NCBI GenBank assembly: GCA_030704615.1
Contig: CM060731.1
Location: 9,052,001-9,116,000, forward strand
DNA: 64,000 nt
From: Takakia lepidozioides
Taxonomy: Eukaryota; Plantae; Bryophyta
Direction of reading: 5' to 3'
Both the position numbers and the translations under genes were made by a program. Position 1 is the first letter of the stretch, and the number at the start of each line of letters is the position of its first letter. Of the stretch, positions 63,701-64,000 are shown piece by piece. The notes beneath the pieces were generated by a model. That model was not told where the DNA came from and did no database searches. It saw only the letters and a program-made list of their open reading frames with translations.

Positions 63701-64000
63701 TTGCACCAGGACCACCTCAGTTGTCGCCATTGGATACCACACCTCTTGTGTGGCAGCGGCCAGATGAAGGCAATATGCCTTCTGGACTTGTTTGGCGGGA
63801 TCAGCACCGGATTGGCTGCAGTGCTGCAGGCAGGTGTACGAGTTCGACGTTACCTGTATGTGGAGAGGGATGAGACTGCACGATGCGTCTCACTGCGCCA
63901 TGTTGCTCAGATGGTGCAGCAGTACCCTGAGTTGTTGCCGGTGGCTGCAGTTCGTGGATATCAGCAAGGCCTTGCCAGCAGACATTGCGTGCTGGGGGCG
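60787..64000 (+). mobile_element. Decayed Ty3/Gypsy-type LTR retrotransposon: gag, protease and DNMT3-like C5-methyltransferase (runs off the right edge; possible LTR upstream, ~59300-60785)
   Basis: PBS-like TAGTACTAGAGCC (60787); gag ATG 61027, LDDFIQEFDSW; Zn knuckles CWTCGGPHVKRDC (61967) and CGHCGKYGH...LHPELRP; protease RVLLDS (~63045) and YDVLVG; then CLLDLFGGISTGLAAVLQAGVRVRRYLYVERD from 63776. Many frameshifts. RT and integrase are not inside the window, so the Gypsy assignment is inferred. Confidence 0.75.

Overview
Intron-rich eukaryotic DNA from a land plant; the gene and transposon content suggests a non-seed, bryophyte-like plant, which is inference. Five host genes can be built exon by exon: a plastid-targeted DUF1995 gene running off the left edge, a BSD-domain gene, a PI-phospholipase C, a GDSL lipase and TAF2 (about 27 exons, with a LINE in its last intron). 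The most unusual feature is an 11.3-kb Mutator-like element at 22175-33456 with a 9-bp target-site duplication CCTTGCACT. It carries a GCM-like/DDE/SWIM transposase and a divergently transcribed spliced gene with a ParB/Srx-like domain (DGNHR) and a beta-class N6A/N4C DNA-methyltransferase-like domain. Two introns of that gene hold 11 copies of a conserved ~20-22-bp palindrome (GAATGTCGT-TG-ACGACATTC), resembling a self-contained ParB/parS-like or VANC-like targeting system. Both genes in this copy are disabled. Also present: a decayed Ty3/Gypsy-type element with a DNMT3-like C5-methyltransferase domain after its protease (plus a second fragment of the family), TTAA/CCC-ended piggyBac-like non-autonomous elements, SINE-like repeats and a patchwork of gene fragments (pectin methylesterase, LEA-like). 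All domain calls are by eye from motifs; no searches were run.
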